DNA of 63,457 bases, filler included, from Octopus bimaculoides (GCF_001194135.2; 7 parts of 6 records of this genome joined end to end with filler, not necessarily neighbours in it), one strand, 5' to 3'. Shown: positions 25,338 through 39,150, numbered from the whole stretch's first letter. The notes: generated by a model not told the origin, from the sequence alone. A program made the numbers and translations.

Positions 25338-25626
25338 NNNNNNNNNNNNNNNNNNNNNNNNNNNNNNNNNNNNNNNNNNNNNNNNNNNNNNNNNNNNNNN
25401 NNNNNNNNNNNNNNNNNNNNNNNNNNNNNNNNNNNNNNNNNNNNNNNNNNNNNNNNNNNNNNNNNNNNNNNNNNNNNNNCTTCTATACATACTGGAAGTC
25501 AGAAACTCAGCACAACTAATCGAAGCAAATGAGCCAGCGATACTAGAAAAAGCCTTCATTTGTCTTTCTCTGTTTCTCTGTCTCTGTCTGTCTCTCTCTC
25601 TTTTTCACTCTCTCCCTTTCTGTATG

Positions 25627-25671
<45 letters not shown>

Positions 25672-26189
25672 ACGTGCGAGCGCGTTGCACGCGTGTATCT
25701 ACTTGCATTCTATGTTTGTAAATACCCCCAAATCTCAAGGCTTTTTAATTGGAATCATATAGTTGAAGTATTGTAGGAGGGGAAAAAAAAAACTTAACAA
25801 AACACGTTATATACATTGTCAGAAGCTTAGATGGTACGAAGCAGAAAAGCTACGGTCAGGATATGTAAGTATGTCAAATAAACAACATGATATATATATA
25901 TATAGCCGTTTTTGTCAACAAATGTGACAAAAAGTTACATTCAATAACAAATTTGTAGATATTATATAAGTAGGTACATTACATTCATTTGTATGTATGC
26001 GCGTATGTATATATACACACAGATTATATATATATATATATATATATGCATATATGGGTACAAGACGTCACCAGTGGTGCAAACAACATGAAATACGTAA
26101 ACAACGAGAGAAAGAAATGGAAAATAGGAAAAGTAAACACAGAGAAAGGACCTATCATCAGTTGTCTATCTACTCCTCATTTCGAACAT

Positions 26190-26505
26190 TATATTCTTTT
26201 ACTTGTTTCAGTCATTTGACTGCGGCCATGCTGGAGCACCGCCTTTAGTCGAGCAAATCGACACCAGGACTTATTCTTTGTAAGCCTAGTATTTATTCTA
26301 TCAAACGCTTTTGTCGAACCGCCAAGATACGGGGACGTAAACACACCAGCATCGGTTGTCAAGCAATGGTCGGGGAAAACACACACACATATATCGATAC
26401 ACACACAGACATCGACACACACACACTCACTTATATTCGATGAGTCTCAGTTTCTGTCAACGGAATCCACTCACATGGCATTGGTCGGATCGAGGCTATA
26501 AGTAC
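26190..26505 (-). mobile_element. SINE family D lacking its head
   Basis: TCTTTTACTTGTTTCAGTCATTTGACTGCGGCCATGCTGGAGCACC..AATCCACTCAC..GAGGCTATA. Confidence 0.9.
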
Positions 26506-26632
26506 ACGGGTGTGTAATGTATACATACATGCATACATACATACATAAATATATAGATATGTGTGTTAAATAAAATGAGACAACAAAACCAAGGCTGTGT
26601 GGAATTTATAGGACATTTATAAAGAGGAACGT

Positions 26633-26682
26633 AGGCTTACAGCTGTTTCTGGGATATTAGGAATATCCCTTCGTTAGAGACG
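26633..26682 (-). ncRNA. degenerate minimal hammerhead ribozyme (AGCT loop) in Penelope-like pLTR remnant
   Basis: Minus strand GTCT-CTAACGA-A-GGGATATT-CCT-AATATCCC-A-GAAA-C-AGCT-G-TA-AGCC; perfect 8-bp stem II; core G5 changed to A. Confidence 0.7.
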
Positions 26683-27524
26683 ATATGAGAGAGTTAACTA
26701 GAGGGAAATAGTAGAGTTCAATATAAGAAGTTGTTTTGGAAAAGATGGATTTAAGAAGTATAAAGGGAAATAAGAGAATAGAAATAAAGATAAAAGTAAA
26801 AATATGTGTAAGATGTTATAGTTGCCGTTCCATTATCCTCACTCGTATTATTACCGAACCGAGAGTCTAACTGCATTCCTCCAGTAACACATGCATAGCC
26901 TTACCTACCATCTTGGGTCTTCTGGATACCAATACCTCTCCAGTTCGTTGCTTTACAACGTTCAGCACATACATATTTTTTCCCGTCTGGCCGTATAGCC
27001 TTCTTGTTTGTTCTCACTGTTTCACTTTCCTGTTTTGTTTTGTCCGCCACTACATTCCTCCACGTTACAAAGTTAATTTGAATTAAATTCAATTTAAATT
27101 TATTTTGTGATCCGTGGGAAGAGCCATTTTAACGATGCGTCCTGCCCTATCTCTTCGAAACGCCTGTGTTAGAATGGGGGCAGCTGATGAAGTAGATGTT
27201 CTCTATGTGGCCTGTGTGTTTTCTGTACTCGTTTATCATTTTGTCTACGCTTTGCTTGCAATGTCCTGTACCCAGATATGCATCTATATATACAGGTAGA
27301 TGTAAGTATGTACATACATGTACGTATATATGGATATACTCATTTATTATTTGTATTATATATATATCTATATGAGAGGTTTCAAGCTATTTTCAGCAAA
27401 ATAATTTTATTTTGCTGAAAATAACTTGAAACCATTGGTTCAGGAAATAGATGGTAAATGTTTTCATTTTTCATTTCCTTTCGAAATTATCCCTAATTGT
27501 GGTTTGGAGTAAACAAGTAAAAGA

Positions 27525-27557
<33 letters not shown>

Positions 27558-27812
27558 TGTATGTATGTATGTATGTATGTATGTATGTATGTATGCGTGT
27601 ATGTATACAGAGAAGGAGAGAGAGAGAGAGAGATTTGCTGACACTAACAGGAAAATAAGACTCAAGGCATGAGTACATGTATTTTTTTATTAGTATTAAC
27701 CAGAAGTTACACAAGGATCGAGAGTTCCGTGTATTGATACTTATCAACCAATGAGTGCGAGTGTACAAAATTCTCGGCCTTTGACCTGGAATTTCTAACT
27801 TCTGCCAATTAG

Positions 27813-27885
<73 letters not shown>

Positions 27886-27887
<2 letters not shown>

Positions 27888-28838
27888 ATTGCATTTCTGC
27901 TACTTGCAAGGTATTTGGACTCAGCATTAGCCTGGACAAGACTGTTGTAATGTTCCAGCCTGCACCAAGAAATCTATATGTGAAACCAGCTATCTTGGTT
28001 GAAGGAACAATTCTGAAGGTAGTAGACAAGTTTGTCTACCTGGGCAGCACACTCAGCCGTTCTTACTTCCTGGATGAGGAAATATCTTTCAGGCTGCAGT
28101 AAGCAACTAATTCCTTCCGGTCTCTTCAGTCTCGTGTCTGGTTCCAGCATGACATCGCAAGGCAAACAAAAGTTGCTGTGTACCGTGCATGTGTACTGAC
28201 ATCGCTCCTCTACTCATGTGAGACATGGACTCTGTAAAAACGTCAGGTAAGGGTCCTTGAACGCTTTTATCAGACACATTCTCAATGTTGGCTGGACCTC
28301 AACAATTACAGACACACAGATCCCGAGGACAGCTGATATCTTGAGTATTGAGGCAATGGTGCACAAGCACCTGTTACGTTGGACTGGACACCTTATTAGA
28401 ATGAAGGATAGCAGGATTCCTAAGCAGATACTATATAGAGAACTTGTGAATGGAAGGAAACTCCGTCAGAAACCAAGGCTGCGATTTAAGGACTGTGTCA
28501 AGTCCTCATTAAAGGCCTGTGATATGCAGGACACAGACTAGGAGAACAATACCTGTCATCGCCACAGATGGAGGAAGCAGGTTAAGGAGGGGATCGACAC
28601 ATTTGAGAGAGCACGTATCCAGCATGAAGAACTTAATCGAGTTGCGCGAAAGAGCGCGGCTCGTATAGTGAATGGGGAAAGCTTGGTCTGCAATGTTTGC
28701 AGTCGTGTATGCTTGTCAAGAGCAGGGCTCATTAGCCACCAACGGAGCCGCAAATGCAAAATATAAGGTAGTCCTAGAACGCACAATGTTCCTGAAGGTC
28801 GGCAATGGTCTTCCTCGGTCACGAGTGGACGGCCATCA
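27886..28838 (+). mobile_element. 5'-truncated RTE-clade LINE (RT C-terminus, terminal zinc-finger-like motif, 3' UTR, (TGTA)n tail)
   Basis: FGLSISLDKTVVM..VDKFVYLGSTLS..LLYSCETW..LRWTGHLIRMKDSRIPKQILY..KPRLRFKD..CNVCSRVCLSRAGLISH; ends GGACGGCCATCA; few stops. Confidence 0.92.
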
Positions 28839-29159
28839 TGTATGTATGTACGCTGAGACGCTTTCAGGTATGTATTGGTACGCATGAGTGTGTCAGCATT
28901 AAAAAAAAAGTTATGTGTGTGTGTAAGTATGAGCGTGAGCGTGAGTGCGCTTCGTGTTGTATATACGAGTGTGAGTGGGTGTTTGTGTGTGTACTTGTAT
29001 ATATATTTACGTTTGTGTCCATGAAGGCCACATACAGATAATGTGGAAACAGCTGTAAATCGACTGTGCGTAGAAGAAACGTATGAATGGCCGTCTTTGT
29101 AAGTCGACTGACACCTGCTGTGTCATCATACGAATTGCTACAGGCACTTAACAAATACA

Positions 29160-29160
<1 letters not shown>

Positions 29161-29222
<62 letters not shown>

Positions 29223-29288
29223 GAGTGAGAGAGCAGTGCACGCCATCAAAGTGACACTGGGGTAAAATATACAAAGCCCAATATACCC
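29161..29288 (-). mobile_element. 3' end of family B retroposon with (TAA)n tail, running into gap
   Basis: (ATT)n then GAGTGAGAGAGCAGTGCACGCCATCAAAGTGACACTGGGGTAAAATATAC. Confidence 0.85.
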
Positions 29289-30107
29289 NNNNNNNNNNNN
29301 NNNNNNNNNNNNNNNNNNNNNNNNNNNNNNNNNNNNNNNNNNNNNNNNNNNNNNNNNNNNNNNNNNNNNNNNNNNNNNNNNNNNNNNNNNNNNNNNNNNN
29401 NNNNNNNNNNNNNNNNNNNNNNNNNNNNNNNNNNNNNNNNNNNNNNNNNNNNNNNNNNNNNNNNNNNNNNNNNNNNNNNNNNNNNNNNNNNNNNNNNNNN
29501 NNNNNNNNNNNNNNNNNNNNNNNNNNNNNNNNNNNNNNNNNNNNNNNNNNNNNNNNNNNNNNNNNNNNNNNNNNNNNNNNNNNNNNNNNNNNNNNNNNNN
29601 NNNNNNNNNNNNNNNNNNNNNNNNNNNNNNNNNNNNNNNNNNNNNNNNNNNNNNNNNNNNNNNNNNNNNNNNNNNNNNNNNNNNNNNNNNNNNNNNNNNN
29701 NNNNNNNNNNNNNNNNNNNNNNNNNNNNNNNNNNNNNNNNNNNNNNNNNNNNNNNNNNNNNNNNNNNNNNNNNNNNNNNNNNNNNNNNNNNNNNNNNNNN
29801 NNNNNNNNNNNNNNNNNNNNNNNNNNNNNNNNNNNNNNNNNNNNNNNNNNNNNNNNNNNNNNNNNNNNNNNNNNNNNNNNNNNNNNNNNNNNNNNNNNNN
29901 NNNNNNNNNNNNNNNNNNNNNNNNNNNNNNNNNNNNNNNNNNNNNNNNNNNNNNNNNNNNNNNNNNNNNNNNNNNNNNNNNNNNNNNNNNNNNNNNNNNN
30001 NNNAATTTTCTGTATGTTATATATATTTGTAAGTCCTGGTGTTTTTGTTATGTATTTATCTGAATATTTTTTTATTATACCTAAGGCACCTACTATGATA
30101 GGAATTG

Positions 30108-30141
<34 letters not shown>

Positions 30142-30159
30142 GTACTATTATTGTTATTA

Positions 30160-30292
<133 letters not shown>

Positions 30293-30391
30293 GGCCGTTG
30301 TAGTTTAGTGCCAATATTTGTAATTGTAGTAGATGTAGTAGGAGTCGTAGTTGTAGAACTAGCACTAGTCACAATAGCAGTATTAGGTGCT

Positions 30392-30428
<37 letters not shown>

Positions 30429-30744
30429 CAGTAGTAGTAATAATGGTCGTAAAACTAGTATGGTGTCAAAGCAGGAAGTTTTGTAGTGGAATTCCGAGAA
30501 AAACGACAGCATTAACAATAACAACTAAATCCCATTTCGTTGCAACCACTACGCAGTGATTAAGTGGAGTGGTGTGGATGGGTGTAGGGTGGTGTTTCTT
30601 ATTTGTACTTGCGGCAACATTCACCCGGGGTGGGTTGAGCCGACTCTGATCAACGCGTTCACCACGTTGGCCACCTCCTGAATGTTAACCACTTCCGACG
30701 GTCGACCACAGGTCGAGGCCGTCAAATTTGGTAAACGCCTCACT

Positions 30745-31135
30745 TTTTTACTCTAGGCACAAGGCCCGACATTTTTGGGGGAGGGAGCCAGTCGATTAGA
30801 TCGACTCAAGTACGCAACTGGTACTTAATTTATCGACCCCGAAAAGATGAAAAGCAAAGTCGACCTCAACGGAATTTGAACTCAGAACGTAAAAACAGAT
30901 GAAATACCGCATTTCACCCGGCGTGCTAACCTTTCTTGTTTCTTTATTGCCCACAAAGGGCTAAACATAGAGGGGACAAACAAGGACAGACAAAGGGATT
31001 AAGTCGATTAAATCGACCCCAGTGCGTAATTGGTACTTAATTTATCGACCTCGAGAGGATGAAAGGCAAAGTCGACCTCGGCGGAATTTGAACTCAGAAC
31101 GTAAAGACATTTCATCCGGCGTGCTAACGTTTCTT
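30745..31135 (-). mobile_element. two adjacent SINE family A copies with different tails (30745-30925 tail 2; 30933-31135 tail 1)
   Basis: Both carry GTCGACCTC..GGAATTTGAACTCAGAACGTAAA; 3' ends differ. Confidence 0.9.
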
Positions 31136-32809
31136 TTTTNNNNNNNNNNNNNNNNNNNNNNNNNNNNNNNNNNNNNNNNNNNNNNNNNNNNNNNNNNNNN
31201 NNNNNNNNNNNNNNNNNNNNNNNNNNNNNNNNNNNNNNNNNNNNNNNNNNNNNNNNNNNNNNNNNNNNNNNNNNNNNNNNNNNNNNNNNNNNNNNNNNNN
31301 NNNNNNNNNNNNNNNNNNNNNNNNNNNNNNNNNNNNNNNNNNNNNNNNNNNNNNNNNNNNNNNNNNNNNNNNNNNNNNNNNNNNNNNNNNNNNNNNNNNN
31401 NNNNNNNNNNNNNNNNNNNNNNNNNNNNNNNNNNNNNNNNNNNNNNNNNNNNNNNNNNNNNNNNNNNNNNNNNNNNNNNNNNNNNNNNNNNNNNNNNNNN
31501 NNNNNNNNNNNNNNNNNNNNNNNNNNNNNNNNNNNNNNNNNNNNNNNNNNNNNNNNNNNNNNNNNNNNNNNNNNNNNNNNNNNNNNNNNNNNNNNNNNNN
31601 NNNNNNNNNNNNNNNNNNNNNNNNNNNNNNNNNNNNNNNNNNNNNNNNNNNNNNNNNNNNNNNNNNNNNNNNNNNNNNNNNNNNNNNNNNNNNNNNNNNN
31701 NNNNNNNNNNNCGTAGCCTGTGTTTGAAGCGGGTTCTAGAAACATCCTCTATGAAAAAGCTAAGGGGGTGCCTCACTGTAATTTTTCAAGGTAACATTAC
31801 ATTCATATATATAAGAATTCAGCGTCTCGTTAAATTTAGAAACTGGATTTGCATAAATAACGTATTGCTGGCAGCAAGTTCGATTTTGTAACGGCCGACT
31901 CATTAAGCAGTTTGTGTTTCAAAGCTATGACGCACTTTAGAGCGAATTTAAATGTTGAACCGATCCTGCGTGTGTTTAAACGAAACAGAATTAAAATGAA
32001 CACTGAGTTTATATAATTAAGTTTAATACAAACTCAAAGTAATTTGGCAGAACAGATGGAATGTATCGCAGTAATTGTTTTGATCCTCTGTGCTCTGAGT
32101 TCAAATCCCACCGAAGCCAGCTTTGCTTTTTAATCGCCCGGGGGCCGATAAAAAGGTGTCAGTCTAGGTCAGTGATTTGGACGAGCTGTGAGAAGGTTGA
32201 GCAAGATGCTTTGTGGTATTTCTATCGAAATATAGTTATCTGAGTTCAAATCACAACGAAGAAAATTTTGTCTTTTATTCTTCCTGGGGTCCATAAAAAA
32301 GGCATCAATCTAGACCAGTGAATTAGAGGAAATGTAAGAGTGTCGGATAAGATACCTTGTGGTATTTGTTCTGGTTCTTTACATTCTGAAATCAACGACT
32401 GCCGCCGTGACACTGATACCCAGCGGCATCGGCCCACGCGAGGGGGTCTTCCCTCTGGATAAACTGTAGTGGTGTGGAGAGAACAAGATTTAAACGCGTG
32501 GGCAATTACTAAGCTTCCAAAAAGAAATCTTACCCAGACCTACTCATACATGATTAGATGTATGGTCAACTTGACCGATAGAAGCTCTTACTGATTGCTA
32601 CGTACGTACGTATGTATGTATGTATGTATGTATGTATATATGTACGCTGTTGTCACCACATCCTTCTCGGAGAGGACACTCTGACGCAAAACCTATGGTT
32701 TCATGTGATTACTGGTCATCTCGCTTCGGCCTGTCGTTGAGTACTAATCACGGAAGTTCGTGTCGTACAATCGTTTATTACAATAAGCCAATTATTACTA
32801 TAATCTGCA

Positions 32810-33796
32810 ATTAATATGGCGATTGTGTAATTCATCAGAGAGGGGAAGGAGTCCACATCACTTTGCCCAGGTCAACCAGGGTCCGCTGACAAACCCTTTG
32901 CTTTGTTAAGTGAAATGTGGAGGATAATCCTCATTACAAGGCAGAACAAGTTGATGTCATCCTCAGAACAGCTGTCAGCTATCTCCACAAACTTGGCTAC
33001 TATGGCAGAGCAGCAAGAAGGAAGCCACTTCTTCAGCCAGCCAATATCAAGTGGAGAAAAGATTGGGCCAGTTAGATGATGGAGTGGCTGCTAGCATTTT
33101 GGGACACTATCGTATTCTCTGATGAGTCCAGATTTGCTGTATTTTCTGACAGTGGTTGAGTTGGGGGTCTGGATACTCTGTGATCAAGAATTTGACATGA
33201 AAAGAGTGCTGCCAACAATGAAACAAGGCAGCTATTCTGCAATGGTTTGGGGTGCAATTTGGAGTAATGATCAATTAGAGCTGGTGGAGTGTGATGGAAA
33301 GATAAACTCAGATAAATATGTGTCCTTATTGCAGAAAGAACTCCTTCCAATCTTCTCCAATGGTGAAATGATTAAAGAAAATTCTTTATTTATGGAAGAT
33401 GGGGCCCTTTGTCACACGGCTAGAGACTCAAGATTGGTTGGAAGAGAATGGCATTAAAAAAACTTTCTTAACCAAGCGAGTCACTAGATATGAACCCTAT
33501 TGAACACCTCTGGGGCATAATGGGCAGGACATTTCGTAAAAAGAACAAGAAAGCATCCTCAAAGCCAGATCCTTAGAGATTACTGCATGAAACTTGGCAG
33601 GAAATTCCCCACGAGAATATTTGTCATCTGATTAGTATCAAGAATCCTCATAGAATCCTTGCATTGAAACATGCTAAGGGCATGTCTACTAAATATTAGA
33701 TATTCACATTATAATAATAAATAAGTAATTTGAATGTATAATTTTAGATTTAAATAAATTTTAGTGCTTATAAGGGTGTCTATTTACTTCTGCCAT

Positions 33797-33810
<14 letters not shown>
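32810..33810 (+). mobile_element. degenerate Tc1-type (DD34E-like) transposon
   Basis: YLHKLGYYGRAARRKPLL..WDTIVFSDESRF..AMVWGAI..FMEDGALCH..DMNPIEHLW..HAKGMSTKY*; right terminus AAGGGTGTCTATTTACTTCTGCCATGTG-TA; frameshifts. Confidence 0.88.
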
Positions 33811-33835
<25 letters not shown>

Positions 33836-33863
33836 GATATATACACACATATATATACATATA

Positions 33864-34076
33864 CATGAGGGTGTGCTGAAAAGTTCCTGGCTTTAAGGGT
33901 ATTATGAAAGACCTTCCAAGTTCTTTTACAGGACTTAAAAATCTGAAGGACTGCTGCAAAATATCTGAAAAACTGATGTATTTGAGGGGGGAATACGTTG
34001 GAAAAAAAAATCATAATTAATGATCCTCCTGTATTTTCTTTTACCGAAGGCTAGGAACTTTTCAGTACACCCTTGT
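33864..34076 (+). mobile_element. mariner-derived MITE
   Basis: TIRs GAGGGTGTGCTGAAAAGTTCCTGGC / GGCTAGGAACTTTTCAGTACACCCT; same family as 42214-42433. Confidence 0.85.
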
Positions 34077-34855
34077 CTGTCTAAATATACATAGAGTTTG
34101 TTTGCTGCACTCGAAGACTTCTATTGTTTAGTGTTTCTAGCAAGCTTAGTGAACGCGTAAAGCAGTCGCGAGCAACTTGCGGCCCACGGGACTTTCTGAA
34201 TGGAACGCTTAACGAAAACTTAGCGTGATTTTTTTTTTAGTGTGTCTCATGCAGCCTGCCTCTCGAAAACGGGTGCTCATACCTGGTGCAATGGCTCCTT
34301 AGGTAGTGACTAAAGTGGTATTAGAGCTGTTGTTGCTGATGTTATTGTTGCTTAGTCACGTTTCAACCTTGATGGGACAGGTCTATATCTAAAACATTGC
34401 CCTATTGAGAATAACTAGTAGAGTATAGGATGGGGTGAATGACTTTTGGTGACGATAGTTTACTTAGATTATCCCTGGCTAACTTCATTTTCTTTAAAGA
34501 TGTTAACGTTTGATATGAAGGAAATTTGGCTGTTGTTTCTAACATGTAGGGCGATCACATATAGGCTATCTCATTACCGAAGTAGCCTTTCTGTGCCTGA
34601 TGCTATACCGATTGTGCCACACCACTCCGCCCATCTAAACCGTGGTGAAATTCCTGTAATTTCGCCAGATATTCCAAGAACACAGTGATTCGAACAGGAA
34701 ACAAATAAACGCATGACACACAATCATACACTCACACACTTACACACACACACATTCACATGACAATCACACGTACATACACACGTAGTTGCATACACAT
34801 ATGTTCACAAACGCATTCACACATACATAAACACACACGCACCCAAACACACATA

Positions 34856-35175
34856 CGAGGGTCAGTTGAAAAATTCATAGGCTGACCAAGATTCTCTCAT
34901 GGGATATAACCAAATGAGGTTTATCGTTCAACATTGCGATCCGCACACTTCTTCCTTCGGTACTGCTGAGCTTGGATCCCATTGGTGTAGAGGTTTTCAT
35001 CCTGTTGGTAAAAAAAACCCCAAAAGAACAAATCGTCAATAGCAGACGTGATGCCATCATCACTGTAATACTGGTTACCAGCCAAGTGTCCTTTCATGTT
35101 GAGGAACAGATGATAGTCAGATGGAGCCAAATCTGGACAATAGGGAGAGTGGTCAACTAGTCCAAAGCCACAATT
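34856..35175 (-). mobile_element. 3' fragment of mariner transposon
   Basis: TA-CGAGGGTCAGTTGAAAAATTC terminus; minus strand HSPYCPDLAPSDYHLFLNMKGHLAG..GIQA. Confidence 0.85.
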
Positions 35176-36358
35176 TTGTACTCACGTGCGCACAAACGAC
35201 TAGTGACAGACCTAACGGTCACAGTCAGTGGCCTCTTTGTTTTGAATAAATACCGTTCGTGGCAAGGCGTCAGCTTGTCTTTCTCAAAAAACATTTTGCT
35301 CTTGTCTGTGCATGATTAAGCAACAGTATGATCACCATTGACACTATATATATATATATATNNNNNNNNNNNNNNNNNNNNNNNNNNNNNNNNNNNNNNN
35401 NNNNNNNNNNNNNNNNNNNNNNNNNNNNNNNNNNNNNNNNNNNNNNNNNNNNNNNNNNNNNNNNNNNNNNNNNNNNNNNNNNNNNNNNNNNNNNNNNNNN
35501 NNNNNNNNNNNNNNNNNNNNNNNNNNNNNNNNNNNNNNNNNNNNNNNNNNNNNNNNNNNNNNNNNNNNNNNNNNNNNNNNNNNNNNNNNNNNNNNNNNNN
35601 NNNNNNNNNNNNNNNNNNNNNNNNNNNNNNNNNNNNNNNNNNNNNNNNNNNNNNNNNNNNNNNNNNNNNNNNNNNNNNNNNNNNNNNNNNNNNNNNNNNN
35701 NNNNNNNNNNNNNNNNNNNNNNNNNNNNNNNNNNNNNNNNNNNNNNNNNNNNNNNNNNNNNNNNNNNNNNNNNNNNNNNNNNNNNNNNNNNNNNNNNNNN
35801 NNNNNNNNNNNNNNNNNNNNNNNNNNNNNNNNNNNNNNNNNNNNNNNNNNNNNNNNNNNNNNNNNNNNNNNNNNNNNNNNNNNNNNNNNNNNNNNNNNNN
35901 NNNNNNNNNNNNNNNNNNNNNNNNNNNNNNNNNNNNNNNNNNNNNNNNNNNNNNNNNNNNNNNNNNNNNNNNNNNNNNNNNNNNNNNNNNNNNNNNNNNN
36001 NNNNNNNNNNNNNNNNNNNNNNNNNNNNNNNNNNNNNNNNNNNNNNNNNNNNNNNNNNNNNNNNNNNNNNNNNNNNNNNNNNNNNNNNNNNNNNNNNNNN
36101 NNNNNNNNNNNNNNNNNNNNNNNNNNNNNNNNNNNNNNNNNNNNNNNNNNNNNNNNNNNNNNNNNNNNNNNNNNNNNNNNNNNNNNNNNNNNNNNNNNNN
36201 NNNNNNNNNNNNNNNNNNNNNNNNNNNNNNNNNNNNNNNNNNNNNNNNNNNNNNNNNNNNNNNNNNNNNNNNNNNNNNNNNNNNNNNNNNNNNNNNNNNN
36301 NNNNNNNNNNNNNNNNNNNNNNNNNNNNNNNNNNNNNNNNNNNNNNNNNNNNNNNNNN

Positions 36359-36391
<33 letters not shown>

Positions 36392-37049
36392 GAAACTTAC
36401 TTGCGAATGGACGCGTGCGTTCGATGATATAATAGTACAAATGAGATATGAGCATATGCATGTATACATACATATATGTACATACCTACATCTACATGTA
36501 TATATAGATGCATATCCGGGTACAGGACGTTAGAAAATGAACGGGAGCATAAAAACAAAACGGACTTTGTTTACAGACAACAGAACGAACACATAGGAAA
36601 ACAAACAAGCCACTTATGGAATTATTCTTTCATCAGCTGCCTCTATTCTAAAACTAGGCGTTTCGAAATATATTATACATATATTTAGTGATGGTAGTGG
36701 TGGTGGTGTGCTACTAGTATTTGTGGTATAAGTGGTAGTTGCAGTAGTGGTGGAAATAGTAGATTTGATTGGAGAGGGTGTGGCGGTGGTGGTGGTGATG
36801 GTAGTGGTAATTGAGTTGGCTTTACAATGAAGCATTAAACAAGGAAAAAGATTCATTTCAGTTTCCTCATTAATGACGATCTGAATTATTTCATATTATA
36901 GCGTATACAAAATCTGTGTATGTGTGTGTGTGTGTGTGTGCATTTGCATGGTGTATATGTGTGTATGCTTGAGCGTGTATATTTGTGTGTGTGTTGATAT
37001 TGACAGATAAAAGTTTGTTTGTCTATCTATCTATCAATCTATCTATCTA

Positions 37050-37101
<52 letters not shown>

Positions 37102-37256
37102 CCTACCTATCTCTCTACCTGTCTGTCTATTTATTTATCTATCTATAATATATATNNNNNNNNNNNNNNNNNNNNNNNNNNNNNNNNNNNNNNNNNNNNT
37201 TAATTAATTAANNNNNNNNNNNNNNNNNNNNNNNNNNNNNNNNNNNNNNNNNNNNA

Positions 37257-37952
37257 AGTAAAAGTGTTTTAAAAAAGATTGTTAAATTTCAGATTAACAC
37301 CCGTACGATTTTCACTACAGTGTTAGGTAGGTAATGATGCGGGTGTTAATCTCAAGATTTTCGAAAAGATTTTCGAAAAAAAAACTCACAGTTTGTAGGG
37401 AATAAATGTTTGTTGATCGTATTTGAGAAAGATGTCTCGATGGTGAAGGACGGTGTTAGAAATGGAAAGTAAACTTATAATTCCCGCCAATTAGAATGAG
37501 GTCATTGGTAACCATAGGTACATATATATGTGTGTATTTATGTATGATTGGTAGTGTGTCTGTTTATTTGACTCTCACTCTCCTTCGTTTGTCTGACATT
37601 ACAGTATCGAAATGTGATTTGATACTGAAATAGTTTCTTTTTCTCCTTTCTTTCTTTTTGTATTTGTTGTTGGATTTTTCGTAAAGGTTCATAACAGAAA
37701 GTAGGAGTTGAAAGGATTTGTATTAGAAAGAGGAAATTAGATTTTATTAGGGAGAAAATGTTTACTCGTGTAGTTTTATGGATTATATTCGTTATTAGGA
37801 AATTTTTGGAGTGAAAAAATGACGCAGTGACCTAACAAATTGTATTTAGAATATTAATTGCGATTGTTTAATCGAAGAAATTTGGAATTGTGTAAATGTA
37901 TGAATTTTAAACATACACACACAGAGAGAAAATTTGCCTTTTATAGTATAGA
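37257..37952 (-). mobile_element. probable non-autonomous Helitron, 5' end
   Basis: Minus strand begins A|TCTATACTATAAAAGGC (A/TC Helitron-like 5' end); other end lost in gap; internal inverted repeat GATTAACACCCG at 37292-37351. Confidence 0.5.
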
Positions 37953-37974
37953 TACATGTTATATGGATGTCGTT

Positions 37975-39150
37975 AAATCCAACCGGTATCGCTATTTAAA
38001 TTAGATTTTCAAGAGCCATTTCCTCCCCCGACGGTATCATTAGCCCGTCCATACATTTGATTTTGCCTCTCTTCAAGACTAACACACTTTCTCAATCCGA
38101 ACTCCATTCCGATATCAGCACTGAAGGTATACACCGTATCAATGAGGGAACTGACTTGTTTCATCTTTACCATAAAGTTTGGGGTCATCCATGAATAACA
38201 AAGGGTCGACTTTTTGATGGCGACTTTTGAAAGCATACCCAGCTTTTGCTTTGCTCAAAATCAGTGTTAGTGGTATCAAGCACAGTACAAAGATCAATGG
38301 GGACAGGCAGTCCCCTTGGAAGATGCCCCTTCTAATTTCTAATGTCCCTAAGCTTCTTCCGTATGCTATCAGATCCATTCTCCAATTCGCCATACTTTTT
38401 CCAAGTAATAGCTCAACATTCGATGCAATACCAAATGGGTTCATATACTCGATAATCCAAGAATGTGGGATCATATCGTACGCCTTACGATAGTCGATCC
38501 ATGACATGGCTAAGTTACTTTTCCTCCCCTTGCAGTCTCTAAATACAGTTTTGTCTCTCAGGAGTTGATTTGCTCATGTGGCAGGACTCCATTTTTTTCC
38601 AGTTGTTCGTGCATTGACTCTGCGAGTATTCCAGTCAGTAACTTCCACATAAGTGACAAACAGGATATCGGCCTGTAATTGTCTACCGTATTGCGTTTTT
38701 CGATGTTTTTCAAGCACACCACTGCCCTACCCAATGTCAACCACTCTAGTATTACTTGGTCGGCATTTAACAAGGTGTTGAGTTGCGCAGCTATTCGTGC
38801 ATGGCATTCCCCAAATCTTTTGATCCGGTAGCCTTGAACTCCATCTGGTCCCGGGCCTTCCAGTTGCTAAATTTTTGCTGATTCCCTTCACTTCCCTAAC
38901 TGAAATGACTAGTTCTGTCTGTTTTGGACAGACTGCTGTTTGTTTCAGCTCTTGCAACCATTCAGCATCCTTCTTGTGCTCCTTGTCTTTGCTCCAGATG
39001 TCACTCCAAAATCTTTGACTTTCGATGTTATCTGGTATCAACTTTTCATCTGTACACTCTCCATTTATTTCTTTATAGAATCTCTTCTGATCTACTCTGA
39101 ATAACCTATTCTGGTGGTAACCCTTCATTCTTTCGTTGTATCTTGCCATC
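37975..39150 (-). mobile_element. degenerate R4/Dong-clade RT fragment
   Basis: QNRLFRVDQKRFY..RFWSDIW..NYRPISCLSLMWKLLTGI..MSWIDYRKAYDMIPHSWI..RGIFQGDCLSPLIF..LLFMDDPKLY..DIGMEFGLRKC. Confidence 0.9.

Noticed and set aside
26880-27090. Minus-strand ORF with YVCAERCK, possibly an RTE terminal zinc finger
   Set aside because: Similarity too weak to call without a profile search.
27150-27200. GAAAC..CTGATGA in type II hammerhead order (related copy at 36628-36666, minus)
   Set aside because: No cleavage triplet after a paired stem III, and no convincing stem I or II; treated as an unidentified repeat.
33119-33126. CTGATGAG hammerhead-like core
   Set aside because: It is the S-D-E codons of the Tc1 transposase motif FSDESRF; no GAAA or stem partners.
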